From a virus: DNA of 64,000 bases. Where the stretch lies: the IMG/VR virus record IMGVR_UViG_3300029319_009305, positions 32,001 through 96,000 of that record. One strand, given 5' to 3'. Below the pieces are notes generated by a model. That model made no database searches and had not been told where the DNA came from. It saw only the letters and a program-made list of their open reading frames with translations. How positions within the stretch are numbered: position 1 is the first letter of the stretch; every line of letters begins with the position of its first letter. A program made the translations under genes and the position numbers. This document shows, piece by piece, positions 1 through 7,912 of this stretch.

Positions 1-2
1 CT

Positions 3-374
3 CCAAGGACAAGCACAGATCTTCTAAACTTTGGAGATCGACTTATTAAGTGGGTGAATGCAAACGACAATTATTATTGGGCTGCTTGGGACGATCAACA
101 CCCGGGGTGTATTGCGCTGGACCTGAATACAATCAGTTTAATGTTGATTAATCTGTCACCCGGACTTTTAGAGTTCAGAAGACTGCAGGACAATATTGAG
201 CACGACATGGCGAAAGAGTTCGGCAATGGAGCTGTCGGCATTATTTTATTTTGTATGATTGAAAATAGAGAAATACAAGAAGTACCTCTTGATGATATAC
301 CGCCAGATCCCGAACCTGAGGCTCCTACCACTATTGTTGAAAACAAAGAAACACCCGATTTTAGTTGGATATAA
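3..374 (+). CDS. hypothetical protein, 5'-truncated by window edge
   Basis: Frame of ORF 54..374 is open back to position 3; no recognisable motif. Confidence 0.6.
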   Translation, partial: PRTSTDLLNFGDRLIKWVNANDNYYWAAWDDQHPGCIALDLNTISLMLINLSPGLLEFRRLQDNIEHDMAKEFGNGAVGIILFCMIENREIQEVPLDDIPPDPEPEAPTTIVENKETPDFSWI

Positions 375-378
375 CTCC

Positions 379-406
379 AGCAAAAATAAAAAAACCACTT
401 TATAAT
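379..406 (+). promoter_or_regulatory. early promoter (repeat copy 1)
   Basis: AGCAAA-N16-TATAAT then ACCAACCACAGGAG and ATG at 434. Confidence 0.8.
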
Positions 407-433
407 AAAACTATACCAACCACAGGAGAAAAA

Positions 434-1150
434 ATGCCAAAAACATATAAAACTGAAATAGTCGGATATACCTTCGGAGAACTGCCAAGAGAAGTACAAG
501 AGGATATCTACAATCGTAACCAGGAAGATTTCTGTTACTTTCAAGAACACGTTCTCGAAGCCGCGATTTATGAGTTCGAGGCTAATCTTAAAGAAGAGTA
601 CGGTGCGACAGATATTAAAGTCTACTACGACGTCTCTTACTCTCAAGGCTCCGGCGCGTGTTACACTGCACACTTCGATGTTGATACTATGCTCGCCAGC
701 CTAGACTTTTGGCAAGATCTGTGTGACGATCTCAATGCAGGAAAGCTTTCTATCGATGAGGTTCGAGTTGAAAGATGCGGACCGTCAAACTACTACTGTC
801 ACGAGAATACATGTTATGTCGCCATTGAATGGTCTTGGTCAGACGAAAGTAAGTATAATGAAAACTGGCCTGACCTGATTGCAAATGCTGAAAAACTAAT
901 AACCGAAATGGTTAGAAGCCAGATTCGAGACTTCTTCTACACACTCCGTGATAGCTACGAGGAGGCGATATCTTTTGAAGTTTATTGTGAATACATGTCA
1001 GCTTCTGACGACATTGCGTGTTTCACAGAAGAAGGTGAGCAGATTAATCAATTGTTTCTAGAAAATGCTCATGTGGTGGACGGCGTACAACTAAAGTTAG
1101 ATTTTGAATATTCAGATAATGACACTGATACATTAGAAACTGATTCATAA
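434..1150 (+). CDS. acidic early protein of the phage/plasmid family with YxFxEL...SQGxGA motifs
   Basis: Start moved to ATG 434 behind promoter and AGGAG; motifs YTFGELPREVQ, YSQGSGACY, YYCHENT, FTEEG. Confidence 0.7.
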   Translation: MPKTYKTEIVGYTFGELPREVQEDIYNRNQEDFCYFQEHVLEAAIYEFEANLKEEYGATDIKVYYDVSYSQGSGACYTAHFDVDTMLASLDFWQDLCDDLNAGKLSIDEVRVERCGPSNYYCHENTCYVAIEWSWSDESKYNENWPDLIANAEKLITEMVRSQIRDFFYTLRDSYEEAISFEVYCEYMSASDDIACFTEEGEQINQLFLENAHVVDGVQLKLDFEYSDNDTDTLETDS

Positions 1151-1170
1151 TCTTTTACCCGGAGCATGCG

Positions 1171-1368
1171 ATGAATATCATTGCACTCGTTTTGATCATA
1201 GGGATCGTCAAATACTTGTCAGAACATTCAAGTAAAGTATTTGACATTATGTCTAAGATAGCTTTGCTCATGATAATACTCTCAATGGCAGGAATCATTG
1301 ACTTAAGCTTTTTGCAAGGGTGCTTAAACAACGTGAAAATGAGCGAAATCATTGCTCGATTTGAATAG
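1171..1368 (+). CDS. small membrane protein
   Basis: Two hydrophobic stretches; GGAG upstream. Confidence 0.6.
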   Translation: MNIIALVLIIGIVKYLSEHSSKVFDIMSKIALLMIILSMAGIIDLSFLQGCLNNVKMSEIIARFE

Positions 1369-1376
1369 TCAACTCG

Positions 1377-1404
1377 TGCAAAATAAAAAAAAACCTTTTA
1401 TAAT
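1377..1404 (+). promoter_or_regulatory. early promoter (copy 2)
   Basis: TGCAAA-N16-TATAAT, then ACCAACCACCGAGGA, ATG 1434. Confidence 0.85.
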
Positions 1405-1433
1405 ATAAAGGTAACCAACCACCGAGGATTATT

Positions 1434-1736
1434 ATGAGTACATCATTCACCCTAATGTCAGACCCATCCGGAGCCAACGACGTTGCACTTCGTTTTTGGG
1501 GCGGCGAGGCAGCTGGTAAAACAGTTCGATTCACTTTTCCAGAGACCCTTTTCTGTCACCTGCGAGACGTTGAACTTGCCGGATGCGACGGCTCTGTAAC
1601 AACAGTTCAAGAGCTCTTTGACGAGGCTGAAACAGTCGACTTTCTTGAAGCAGACGTTTCTCCTCGTGAGCACCTATCACATGGGACACACGGCGCGAGA
1701 GAACAAGCACGTCTGGCATGGGAGGCTTCACAATGA
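1434..1736 (+). CDS. hypothetical early protein
   Basis: Directly behind promoter and RBS; ATGA overlap with next gene. Confidence 0.75.
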   Translation: MSTSFTLMSDPSGANDVALRFWGGEAAGKTVRFTFPETLFCHLRDVELAGCDGSVTTVQELFDEAETVDFLEADVSPREHLSHGTHGAREQARLAWEASQ

Positions 1737-1915
1737 AATATGGAGTAAAAGTGAAAGTAGGAGATCTAGTCAGGAAAATATCAGCGTGGGATCCATCATG
1801 TTCTGATGGGTACGGTACTGGCATCATTCTAAAAATAGAAGACAAAGTCGCACATATACACTGGCAGACCGGTCAGACTTATGAGCACTACATGTGGGAG
1901 TTAGTAAAGATTTAA
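1733..1915 (+). CDS. small 'VGDLV' beta-barrel (SH3/KOW-like) protein
   Basis: GGAGG RBS, MKYGVKVKVGDLV...GIILKI...IHW pattern. Confidence 0.65.
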   Translation: MKYGVKVKVGDLVRKISAWDPSCSDGYGTGIILKIEDKVAHIHWQTGQTYEHYMWELVKI

Positions 1916-1919
1916 CTCG

Positions 1920-1947
1920 TGCAAACTAAAACTAAACAAGTTATAAT
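1920..1947 (+). promoter_or_regulatory. early promoter (copy 3)
   Basis: TGCAAA-N16-TATAAT, then CAACCAATAAGGA. Confidence 0.85.
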
Positions 1948-1978
1948 ATAAAGGTAACCCCAACCAATAAGGAATAAA

Positions 1979-2140
1979 GTGGAAACTCAAGTTGTTACAA
2001 TCCCTATTCAGACTACAATGGACCCAGCGCAGCTTCTCGACATTATACTAGACTTTGTCGAACGTCTTGAAGGTGATATCGAATCATACGAAGAAAAATG
2101 CGTGGTCGATACTGATAACATCAGCGTTGAATCCGAATAA
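1979..2140 (+). CDS. small acidic protein, 53 aa (not in ORF track)
   Basis: GTG start after AAGGA; METQVVTIPIQTTMDPAQLLDIILDFVERLEGDIESYEEKCVVDTDNISVESE. Confidence 0.7.
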   Translation: METQVVTIPIQTTMDPAQLLDIILDFVERLEGDIESYEEKCVVDTDNISVESE

Positions 2141-2157
2141 TCTACAGACTCAAAGCG

Positions 2158-2185
2158 TGCAAATAATAAAATAACACAGTATAAT
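2158..2185 (+). promoter_or_regulatory. early promoter (copy 4)
   Basis: TGCAAA-N16-TATAAT. Confidence 0.85.
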
Positions 2186-2226
2186 ATAAACATAACCAAT
2201 CAAAAACATCAACCCAGGAAACCAAC

Positions 2227-2862
2227 ATGGCTAATCCAAATCACACTAAAGAACAAATCCTCGATGCACTTCAAGATCCCGCTGTTGTTGACGCAGCAAT
2301 TGTTATTCTCACAGGATATCAGACTGCAGAGGAACGACGTCGGAAGAGTACAAGCAATGACAACGGTGAAGGCTTTGACGCTGCGTACGGGAAGCTCGGA
2401 GTTAGATTTTGGGAGTTCTTGACGGGAAGATCATCAAAGACTGGAGAGCTAGTCCCAAAATGGGGTGGACCAAAGTCTCTACGTCACCCGAAAGCAAATC
2501 GAGTCTTTGCTCGTAATCTTCGCAATAGTGCCGGGCAGCACGAGTCTGTTCTAGATTATGCACGTTTCATCTGCGGAAAGCATTGGAAGCAGCTTGGGAT
2601 GATTCTCGAAGATGATTTTCAAGCTCCAGAGTTGCCGACTTCGATGTCCCCAGAAGTAGCTGCGCAAAGGCAAGCATCGAGAGAAGAAAGTTCACAAATC
2701 ATCACGATTAGCGGTGAAGTCGTGGGCGTAAAAGGACGTGCTTTCAAAGCAAATGTCGGTGGTCGCAATGTGTGGCTTCCAAAGTCTCAAGTCACAATTG
2801 GCGATGGTGCAATCATGATGCCCAGGTGGCTCGCACAAAGTAAAGGTTTCGTATCACAATAG
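2227..2862 (+). CDS. hypothetical phage protein, two modules
   Basis: N-terminal QTAEE...NGEGF motif and C-terminal VWLPKSQ...MPRWLA small beta domain. Confidence 0.75.
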   Translation: MANPNHTKEQILDALQDPAVVDAAIVILTGYQTAEERRRKSTSNDNGEGFDAAYGKLGVRFWEFLTGRSSKTGELVPKWGGPKSLRHPKANRVFARNLRNSAGQHESVLDYARFICGKHWKQLGMILEDDFQAPELPTSMSPEVAAQRQASREESSQIITISGEVVGVKGRAFKANVGGRNVWLPKSQVTIGDGAIMMPRWLAQSKGFVSQ

Positions 2863-2870
2863 ATTAACTC

Positions 2871-2959
2871 CGTGGTTGGTGTTAAGCGTTCCACATAAAA
2901 ATGGAACGTGGAGGGAGAGCTGGTTACTCTCGGGACAGGGCGGGTAAACACCAACTACG
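2871..2959 (+). ncRNA. candidate structured intergenic RNA
   Basis: 13-bp closing stem CGTGGTTGGTGTT/AACACCAACTACG (one G-U) enclosing hairpins CGTTCCA/TGGAACG and GAGAG/CTCTC. Confidence 0.5.
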
Positions 2960-2985
2960 ACATAATAAGAAAAGACGAGGATAAC

Positions 2986-3249
2986 ATGGCACAGAGAACA
3001 AAATGCTTGACTAGCGGAGCACAATTTCACATTAGAGTAAGTTCAGAGTACGATCACATATCAGTAGCTGTTGACTTACCAACATACACGCTCGAGGGCG
3101 TAGATAAGGAGGAAGCTGAACTTTTATCCAGACTGATTCACAATCAAATGGAGTTGGTGCTAAGACCCTACTTCGAAAGGCAGAATCAGACATCGACACC
3201 TGCAAAAGCCAAAGCAGTCCCAGAGCACGCAAAATTGAGGCTAGTGTGA
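2986..3249 (+). CDS. hypothetical early protein
   Basis: GAGGA RBS before ATG 2986 (MAQRTK). Confidence 0.7.
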   Translation: MAQRTKCLTSGAQFHIRVSSEYDHISVAVDLPTYTLEGVDKEEAELLSRLIHNQMELVLRPYFERQNQTSTPAKAKAVPEHAKLRLV

Positions 3250-3324
3250 TTGGAATATTAACAACAACCAGAAAACAATCTGGTGGATATCTAAAGAAAT
3301 AGATAACATTTTCGAAGGGAAAAC

Positions 3325-3600
3325 ATGAAGATAAGAGAAGACATACTTCAAACAATCTATGAGATTATCGGACAGACGCCAAGCATTATCACACCCTACG
3401 TGTGTCTAGAACTTTTTAAGTCTGATATTGACGATCCTGGCTTGCTTGAAAATGAGCTAGCAACATGGTTGAATGTACATCATCAGTCCGCGTGGGAAAT
3501 AACATGTGCTCATGTCGACCACTTGGTCGAAGTAGGGGATATCATTTTTACTGATGACGGGAATCTATATCAGATAGGCTACGAAGGTGCAATAGTGTGA
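3325..3600 (+). CDS. hypothetical protein
   Basis: AAGGGA RBS, 91 aa ORF. Confidence 0.65.
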   Translation: MKIREDILQTIYEIIGQTPSIITPYVCLELFKSDIDDPGLLENELATWLNVHHQSAWEITCAHVDHLVEVGDIIFTDDGNLYQIGYEGAIV

Positions 3601-3608
3601 TTAAAGCG

Positions 3609-3636
3609 TGCAAATAATAAAAAAGCACGTTATAAT
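3609..3636 (+). promoter_or_regulatory. early promoter (copy 5)
   Basis: TGCAAA-N16-TATAAT, AAGGAG, ATG 3663. Confidence 0.85.
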
Positions 3637-3662
3637 ATATTTGTATAAAACAAAGGAGTATC

Positions 3663-4052
3663 ATGCCAAGCAACACCCTTCATCATAATCGGACTCTTTC
3701 TAACCTCAACACCAATGCCAAGTACGCCAAACACAGTCGCAAGTTGAGTCGATCCAAGCGTAACGGAGAGACTTACCGGTGCCTCGCCTGGCAGGAAGCG
3801 CGTCAACGCTACCATCGTGCATGCCGCAAGGCCTCCAAGCTGCAGCTGAGCCGCTACCAGGAGCATGTTTCTACGCAGGAAGAGCTGGACGCGGAGTACT
3901 ACGAGTGGGAGGACGAGCGTTACATGGAAGACATGGACTGGACTCTGTCACGTGACGAGAAACGCTTTAACGATGAAGTCAGGGGTAGGATGCACCTTGG
4001 TGAAGACAACCAGTGGCGTGTCTGGAACAAAGAGTACGACAAAAGGAGATAG
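3663..4052 (+). CDS. hypothetical protein, basic N-terminus and acidic C-terminus
   Basis: Promoter and AAGGAG RBS directly upstream. Confidence 0.75.
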   Translation: MPSNTLHHNRTLSNLNTNAKYAKHSRKLSRSKRNGETYRCLAWQEARQRYHRACRKASKLQLSRYQEHVSTQEELDAEYYEWEDERYMEDMDWTLSRDEKRFNDEVRGRMHLGEDNQWRVWNKEYDKRR

Positions 4053-4053
4053 T

Positions 4054-4152
4054 ATGACTAAGGAACAGCATCACAAGGCAGTCAACCTAATACTGCTGAA
4101 AATCATGGCATCAAGAAAAAATAAAAAACAGAACGGAGTAGACAAATCATGA
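4054..4152 (+). CDS. micro-protein, 32 aa
   Basis: AAGGAG RBS; MTKEQHHKAVNLILLKIMASRKNKKQNGVDKS. Confidence 0.55.
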   Translation: MTKEQHHKAVNLILLKIMASRKNKKQNGVDKS

Positions 4153-4247
4153 AAGAGTCAGAACAGATAGCAGCTGTCCTCGGATTAATCTTTGGAGCTT
4201 CACTAGTTCTCGGTCCTTTCTTCACTTGGATTTTAACAACCAGATAG
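4149..4247 (+). CDS. single-TM micro-protein, 32 aa (not in ORF track)
   Basis: GGAG RBS, ATGA coupling; MKESEQIAAVLGLIFGASLVLGPFFTWILTTR. Confidence 0.55.
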   Translation: MKESEQIAAVLGLIFGASLVLGPFFTWILTTR

Positions 4248-4262
4248 ACAAAAGGAGTCAAA

Positions 4263-4409
4263 ATGGTATACGCACTAATATGGCACAGCAAATACGGAGT
4301 TGAGGAGATCGACTCATTCGACAACAGAGAGGAAGCAGAAGCTATGAAAGTAGAATACTGGCTGTCATTCAACGAAGGGTACATCACGATAAAACCGCGG
4401 TTGTCATAA
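4263..4409 (+). CDS. micro-protein, 48 aa (not in ORF track)
   Basis: AAGGAG RBS; MVYALIWHSKYGVEEIDSFDNREEAEAMKVEYWLSF... Confidence 0.65.
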   Translation: MVYALIWHSKYGVEEIDSFDNREEAEAMKVEYWLSFNEGYITIKPRLS

Positions 4410-4423
4410 TGTCATAAAGCGCG

Positions 4424-4451
4424 TGCAAATAAAACCAAAACGCCTTATAAT
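4424..4451 (+). promoter_or_regulatory. early promoter (copy 6)
   Basis: TGCAAA-N16-TATAAT, ACCAACCAAAGGAG, ATG 4481. Confidence 0.85.
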
Positions 4452-4480
4452 ATAAAGGTAACCAACCAAAGGAGAACATC

Positions 4481-4699
4481 ATGGTATACGGTACATCATA
4501 TTTCCCATCCCGATGGGACGCAGTCAAATACTATTCAGTCTTAGGGACCAGCAGATCTGAAGTCAAGGAGATGATCAAGAACGGCGAGATACACATCGGA
4601 AAGCCACCCGGCCTAAACTCTCTTCGAAGAGCAGTAGCACGAAACGACCAGGGCGGGTCACAAAGATATTTCATTCACGAAGACATAAGAGTAGGGTAA
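4481..4699 (+). CDS. hypothetical early protein
   Basis: Promoter and RBS upstream; GEIHIGKP motif. Confidence 0.75.
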   Translation: MVYGTSYFPSRWDAVKYYSVLGTSRSEVKEMIKNGEIHIGKPPGLNSLRRAVARNDQGGSQRYFIHEDIRVG

Positions 4700-4703
4700 G
4701 AAT

Positions 4704-4883
4704 ATGAAAGACATCAGACTATGCGAAGTGTGGCTCAGCTACAGCGACGGACAAGCAGGAAGAGTAAAAGTATTGCTTGATATTGATGAGTGTATCGAGA
4801 CACAAGTTTTCGATTCGTTCGATATGCTCACAGACGACGGGCCCGATCTAATCGATTTTAAGTGGAAAGAGGTTGAGGAGTAG
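4704..4883 (+). CDS. small acidic protein, 59 aa (not in ORF track)
   Basis: MKDIRLCEVWLSYSDGQAGRVKVLLDIDE...; fills gap in co-directional run. Confidence 0.6.
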   Translation: MKDIRLCEVWLSYSDGQAGRVKVLLDIDECIETQVFDSFDMLTDDGPDLIDFKWKEVEE

Positions 4884-4904
4884 AGATTAACAAACCCCGT
4901 GGGG

Positions 4905-4984
4905 GACATGGACCAGAGGTGTGACGGGTGATGCCGGACCGTGGTTGCGTAAGCGTGGGAGTGATTCCCAGGGAAGGCCATGTC
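4905..4984 (+). ncRNA. candidate structured intergenic RNA
   Basis: GC-rich intergenic; closing stem GACATGG/CCATGTC, internal hairpin TGGGA-GTGAT-TCCCA; shares CCGTGGTTG..TAAGCGT with the 2870-2889 element. Confidence 0.4.
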
Positions 4985-5029
4985 TAGATAGAGAAGTTGG
5001 GAACTCTGTCACTTTAATCAAGGAACATC

Positions 5030-5254
5030 ATGAACGATAAACAACTTAAATCACTGTTCAGGCACGCAACGACAGAATATCTCGAAGAGGAGCGTGACCT
5101 TTGCAGGGCGACCATTCTTAACTTGAAGAAAGCTGAGCTCTGGAAAGTCCACGGTCATAAAACGGTTAACAACCAGATCAAAGATCTCATGATCAGTGTG
5201 TCATACATAGGGAGAGAGTTAAACAGAAGAGCACGTGAAAGTCGTGCAAAATAA
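5030..5254 (+). CDS. hypothetical protein
   Basis: AAGGA RBS, 74 aa. Confidence 0.7.
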   Translation: MNDKQLKSLFRHATTEYLEEERDLCRATILNLKKAELWKVHGHKTVNNQIKDLMISVSYIGRELNRRARESRAK

Positions 5255-5272
5255 AACAAAACCTTTTATAAT
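5245..5272 (+). promoter_or_regulatory. early promoter (copy 7)
   Basis: TGCAAA-N16-TATAAT, ACCAACCAGGA, ATG 5303. Confidence 0.85.
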
Positions 5273-5302
5273 ATAAACATAACCGACCAACCAGGACACA
5301 AC

Positions 5303-5662
5303 ATGAAATACTTTTCAATCGACTACAGATCACCCCCTTCCGGATTAGGACAGATTATCGACACAACACAATCCAGTCGGGCAATCAATCCTGTCGGCAA
5401 CGAAGTCTGGAACTACACCCTAGTTACATACTCGGGCTGGGGGGTTGAGAATGATCCTAACTATATCCTCACAGCCCACTTCAGATCTCTAGAAGCAGAA
5501 CGGCAACAATACGCCGGACCGATCCTCAAGGATTTAATCGACTACCTCCGCAGAGTTGGGGTCACTCAAGTCTACGATGTCGAGCTCGCGGCGGAATGCG
5601 AAGGAGCCGACGAGAATGGGCATTTCCCACTAAATCGTTGGGCCGAGCTCGTGATGAGCTAA
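5303..5662 (+). CDS. hypothetical early protein
   Basis: Promoter and RBS upstream. Confidence 0.75.
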   Translation: MKYFSIDYRSPPSGLGQIIDTTQSSRAINPVGNEVWNYTLVTYSGWGVENDPNYILTAHFRSLEAERQQYAGPILKDLIDYLRRVGVTQVYDVELAAECEGADENGHFPLNRWAELVMS

Positions 5663-5680
5663 GAATAGATACCAAACTCA

Positions 5681-5708
5681 TGCAAAACACAGCCTGCTGT
5701 GGTATAAT
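5681..5708 (+). promoter_or_regulatory. early promoter (copy 8)
   Basis: CTCATGCAAAAC...GGTATAATAT; same variant as the minus-strand copy at 10457-10484. Confidence 0.85.
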
Positions 5709-5754
5709 ATAACTACCGACTAACCAATAATAAAATCAAAGCCAAGGACATATC

Positions 5755-6135
5755 ATGCAAACACATCAAGCCAGACAAAAAGCACTCAGAGGTCTCTTCG
5801 TCGCAGGTCTCCTCACCCGGAAGCAGTATACGACCCTTTCAAATAAGTCAATCAAAATTGAGAAACAGCTTCTTAAGGACACACGACAAGATGAAGTCAA
5901 CGCGCATGTGGAGACTCATCTACTCAGCATCACACCCGGAGAGCTATTCAAGCATCGAGCAGTTTGGGATGCAGTCGGTCGTGATAAGTTCACACGAGAC
6001 GAGATCAGCAAAGCGCTCAATCATCACAAGGAAAACTTTCTTGTCGAACAGGTTCGAAAAGGTCCAAACAACTTTCAAGTCTTCTGGCAACGCACGAAGA
6101 TGAAACTAAATTGCATCATCGAAATCGTCGACTAA
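5755..6135 (+). CDS. putative winged-helix-like protein, paralog of 9913..10404
   Basis: TRDEISKAL...LVEQV...NNFQVFW aligns with SREDILWSL...LARQV...NNFQRRW. Confidence 0.65.
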   Translation: MQTHQARQKALRGLFVAGLLTRKQYTTLSNKSIKIEKQLLKDTRQDEVNAHVETHLLSITPGELFKHRAVWDAVGRDKFTRDEISKALNHHKENFLVEQVRKGPNNFQVFWQRTKMKLNCIIEIVD

Positions 6136-6166
6136 TACACAGACAAATATTTAAGTGTCTCTCGCG

Positions 6167-6194
6167 TGCAAAACCGCGGGAGGCATATTATAAT
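6167..6194 (+). promoter_or_regulatory. early promoter (copy 9)
   Basis: TGCAAA-N16-TATAAT, ACCAAC, AAGGA, ATG 6226. Confidence 0.85.
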
Positions 6195-6225
6195 ATAAGC
6201 ATATACCAACTAACAAAGGAAAATC

Positions 6226-6483
6226 ATGACTATTACATTACTTGCACATCATATCGAATGGGACTGCGACGGCCGCGACCTCGCAGAACTAGGATTACCC
6301 AGCAAAGTCGAAGTAACCGTTGACCTTAATGACGCTGATGGATGGGAAGGCATTAATAGACAGATCTGTGATCAGCTCTGTGCAAAGGCTGACTGGCTCG
6401 TCGCAGACTATCAACTAGAAGGCTACGACGCTGACGCAGCGCATGCACTTGAAATGAAACAAATGTGGGCAATCGACCTGTAG
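6226..6483 (+). CDS. small acidic hypothetical protein
   Basis: Promoter and RBS upstream; IEWDCDG...LP motif. Confidence 0.75.
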   Translation: MTITLLAHHIEWDCDGRDLAELGLPSKVEVTVDLNDADGWEGINRQICDQLCAKADWLVADYQLEGYDADAAHALEMKQMWAIDL

Positions 6484-6529
6484 GTCATCTCAAAAATCAC
6501 GAATCATACACCAGTTCCAGGACACTATC

Positions 6530-6760
6530 ATGTACACATTAAGATTCTGCACTCAGACACTATTCACAATGATCTCAATCTACAACTACAACAAGACACC
6601 CTTCAGATTCAGAAGCGGAACTGACATGGTGACGACAGTATTTGCAGACACCAAGGAAGCACTGGTCGATCTAGCGTACCATGTCCATAGCTGGATAGGA
6701 TTTGATCACTCGTTCAATGATGAAGAAGTTCTAGCAGTAATCAAAACCATAGAAGAGTAA
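6530..6760 (+). CDS. hypothetical protein
   Basis: AGGA RBS, 76 aa. Confidence 0.7.
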   Translation: MYTLRFCTQTLFTMISIYNYNKTPFRFRSGTDMVTTVFADTKEALVDLAYHVHSWIGFDHSFNDEEVLAVIKTIEE

Positions 6761-6770
6761 GACACACTCC

Positions 6771-6798
6771 AGCAAAATCTGGGGAAGCATATTATAAT
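6771..6798 (+). promoter_or_regulatory. early promoter (copy 10)
   Basis: AGCAAA-N16-TATAAT, ACCAACCACAGGA. Confidence 0.8.
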
Positions 6799-6826
6799 AT
6801 AAACACACCAACCACAGGACACTATC

Positions 6827-7003
6827 ATGTACACATTCACTGCATTCATCAAAGTAGACAAATACACTCTCGAAGAGATTGACGTAGAAGCCAAGGACTT
6901 CAAAGAGGCAAGGAAAAAGATTCAAGAAGTAATCGACGACATGTATCCCAGCTTCACGAAAATCAAGAAGATCGTCAAAAGAGGACCCGGACTTTTCTTC
7001 TAA
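6827..7003 (+). CDS. small protein, 58 aa (not in ORF track)
   Basis: MYTFTAFIKVDKYTLEEIDVEAKDFKEARKKIQEVIDDMYPSF...; own promoter and RBS. Confidence 0.75.
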   Translation: MYTFTAFIKVDKYTLEEIDVEAKDFKEARKKIQEVIDDMYPSFTKIKKIVKRGPGLFF

Positions 7004-7007
7004 CCCG

Positions 7008-7035
7008 TGCAAAATCGGGAGTAGCATATTATAAT
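7008..7035 (+). promoter_or_regulatory. early promoter (copy 11)
   Basis: TGCAAA-N16-TATAAT, ACCAACCAAAAGGA, ATG 7066. Confidence 0.85.
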
Positions 7036-7065
7036 ATAAACATACACCAACCAAAAGGATTCAAC

Positions 7066-7287
7066 ATGAAAAGAGAATTGAAAAGAGAATGGCACTGCAG
7101 ATACGAAGCACTCCACCCGGGTGGATCTCACCATCAGATCTTCCCGATCTTCGTCAAGGCAGACACACGACAAGAGGCAGAAGCTGAGGTTCGAAGACTC
7201 AAGCCACACGCAACCAAAGTCTGGGTAATCAGAGAATATCTCGAAACATGGCAAATGCCCGTAACCAGAAACGATATGTTTAGATAG
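7066..7287 (+). CDS. hypothetical early protein
   Basis: Promoter and RBS; VKADTRQEA motif resembles VEAKDFKEA of the previous gene. Confidence 0.75.
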   Translation: MKRELKREWHCRYEALHPGGSHHQIFPIFVKADTRQEAEAEVRRLKPHATKVWVIREYLETWQMPVTRNDMFR

Positions 7288-7297
7288 GAGACCGATC

Positions 7298-7462
7298 ATG
7301 ACAAAAAAACAAATCAAAGCACTCAAAGCCATCCGAGGAGAAGAACGTAAAGCACACTTCTCCAACGGAGGCGACCTGGTCTCGTGGAGAGGCGGAACGC
7401 GGACAATCACCCGCAATAAAAAACGATACTCCCGAAAAGGCAAATCAAAGTGGAGAGCATAA
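7298..7462 (+). CDS. small very basic protein, 54 aa (not in ORF track)
   Basis: AGGAG RBS; MTKKQIKALKAIRGEERKAHFSNGGDLVSWRGGTRTITRNKKRYSRKGKSKWRA. Confidence 0.7.
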   Translation: MTKKQIKALKAIRGEERKAHFSNGGDLVSWRGGTRTITRNKKRYSRKGKSKWRA

Positions 7463-7722
7463 TGACACATTACGAACAATGGACAACAGCAAGACTAGAA
7501 AGCTTAAGAGGCAGACCCTTAGAATGCTTAGAACAATCAGCATCATCAATACAAATATTTGTACTTGGACAGATCGAGTGGGGCACGTATGACAACGAAG
7601 ACATCTGGGGCGATTACGGTCACGTCACAGACCTAAGACTTCTTCAACAGGTTATCAACGAAAAGAGAACAGATCAAGGCTTAGAGACTGCTGACTACTT
7701 CGATTCATACTTACTTGGATAG
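7462..7722 (+). CDS. hypothetical protein
   Basis: GGAG RBS, TAATG coupling with upstream gene. Confidence 0.7.
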   Translation: MTHYEQWTTARLESLRGRPLECLEQSASSIQIFVLGQIEWGTYDNEDIWGDYGHVTDLRLLQQVINEKRTDQGLETADYFDSYLLG

Positions 7723-7732
7723 GAAACCCATC

Positions 7733-7912
7733 ATGACAACTACCATATACATCGACGTAGCAAACACTATGCTCTCCCTAGACATGACACACATCACCCT
7801 ACTCAACTACGCCTACGAATACGACGTCACACTCGACCTCAACACAGGAGCCATCACAGGCTCACACAAAGACGTCCAAGACTTCCTCAACTATATCAAA
7901 TCCTACCAATGA
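7733..7912 (+). CDS. hypothetical protein
   Basis: AGGA RBS before MTTTIY; extreme C/A third-position bias. Confidence 0.65.
   Translation: MTTTIYIDVANTMLSLDMTHITLLNYAYEYDVTLDLNTGAITGSHKDVQDFLNYIKSYQ

Larger units (their letters stand above)
6518..6837 (+). repeat. 23-bp direct repeat of RBS plus first codons
   Basis: CAGGACACTATCATGTACACATT at 6518-6540 and 6815-6837. Confidence 0.85.

Noticed and set aside
95-673. Minus-strand ORF 95..673 and similar antisense ORFs (7000..7479, 12254..12616, 16727..17257, etc.)
   Set aside because: They overlap better-supported genes on the other strand and lack RBSs or motifs
2870-2959. Pistol or hammerhead ribozyme, or tRNA
   Set aside because: CGTGG...CCAC and TAAGCG recall pistol, but order and loop sizes do not fit; no CUGANGA/GAAA core; no TTC T-loop or cloverleaf
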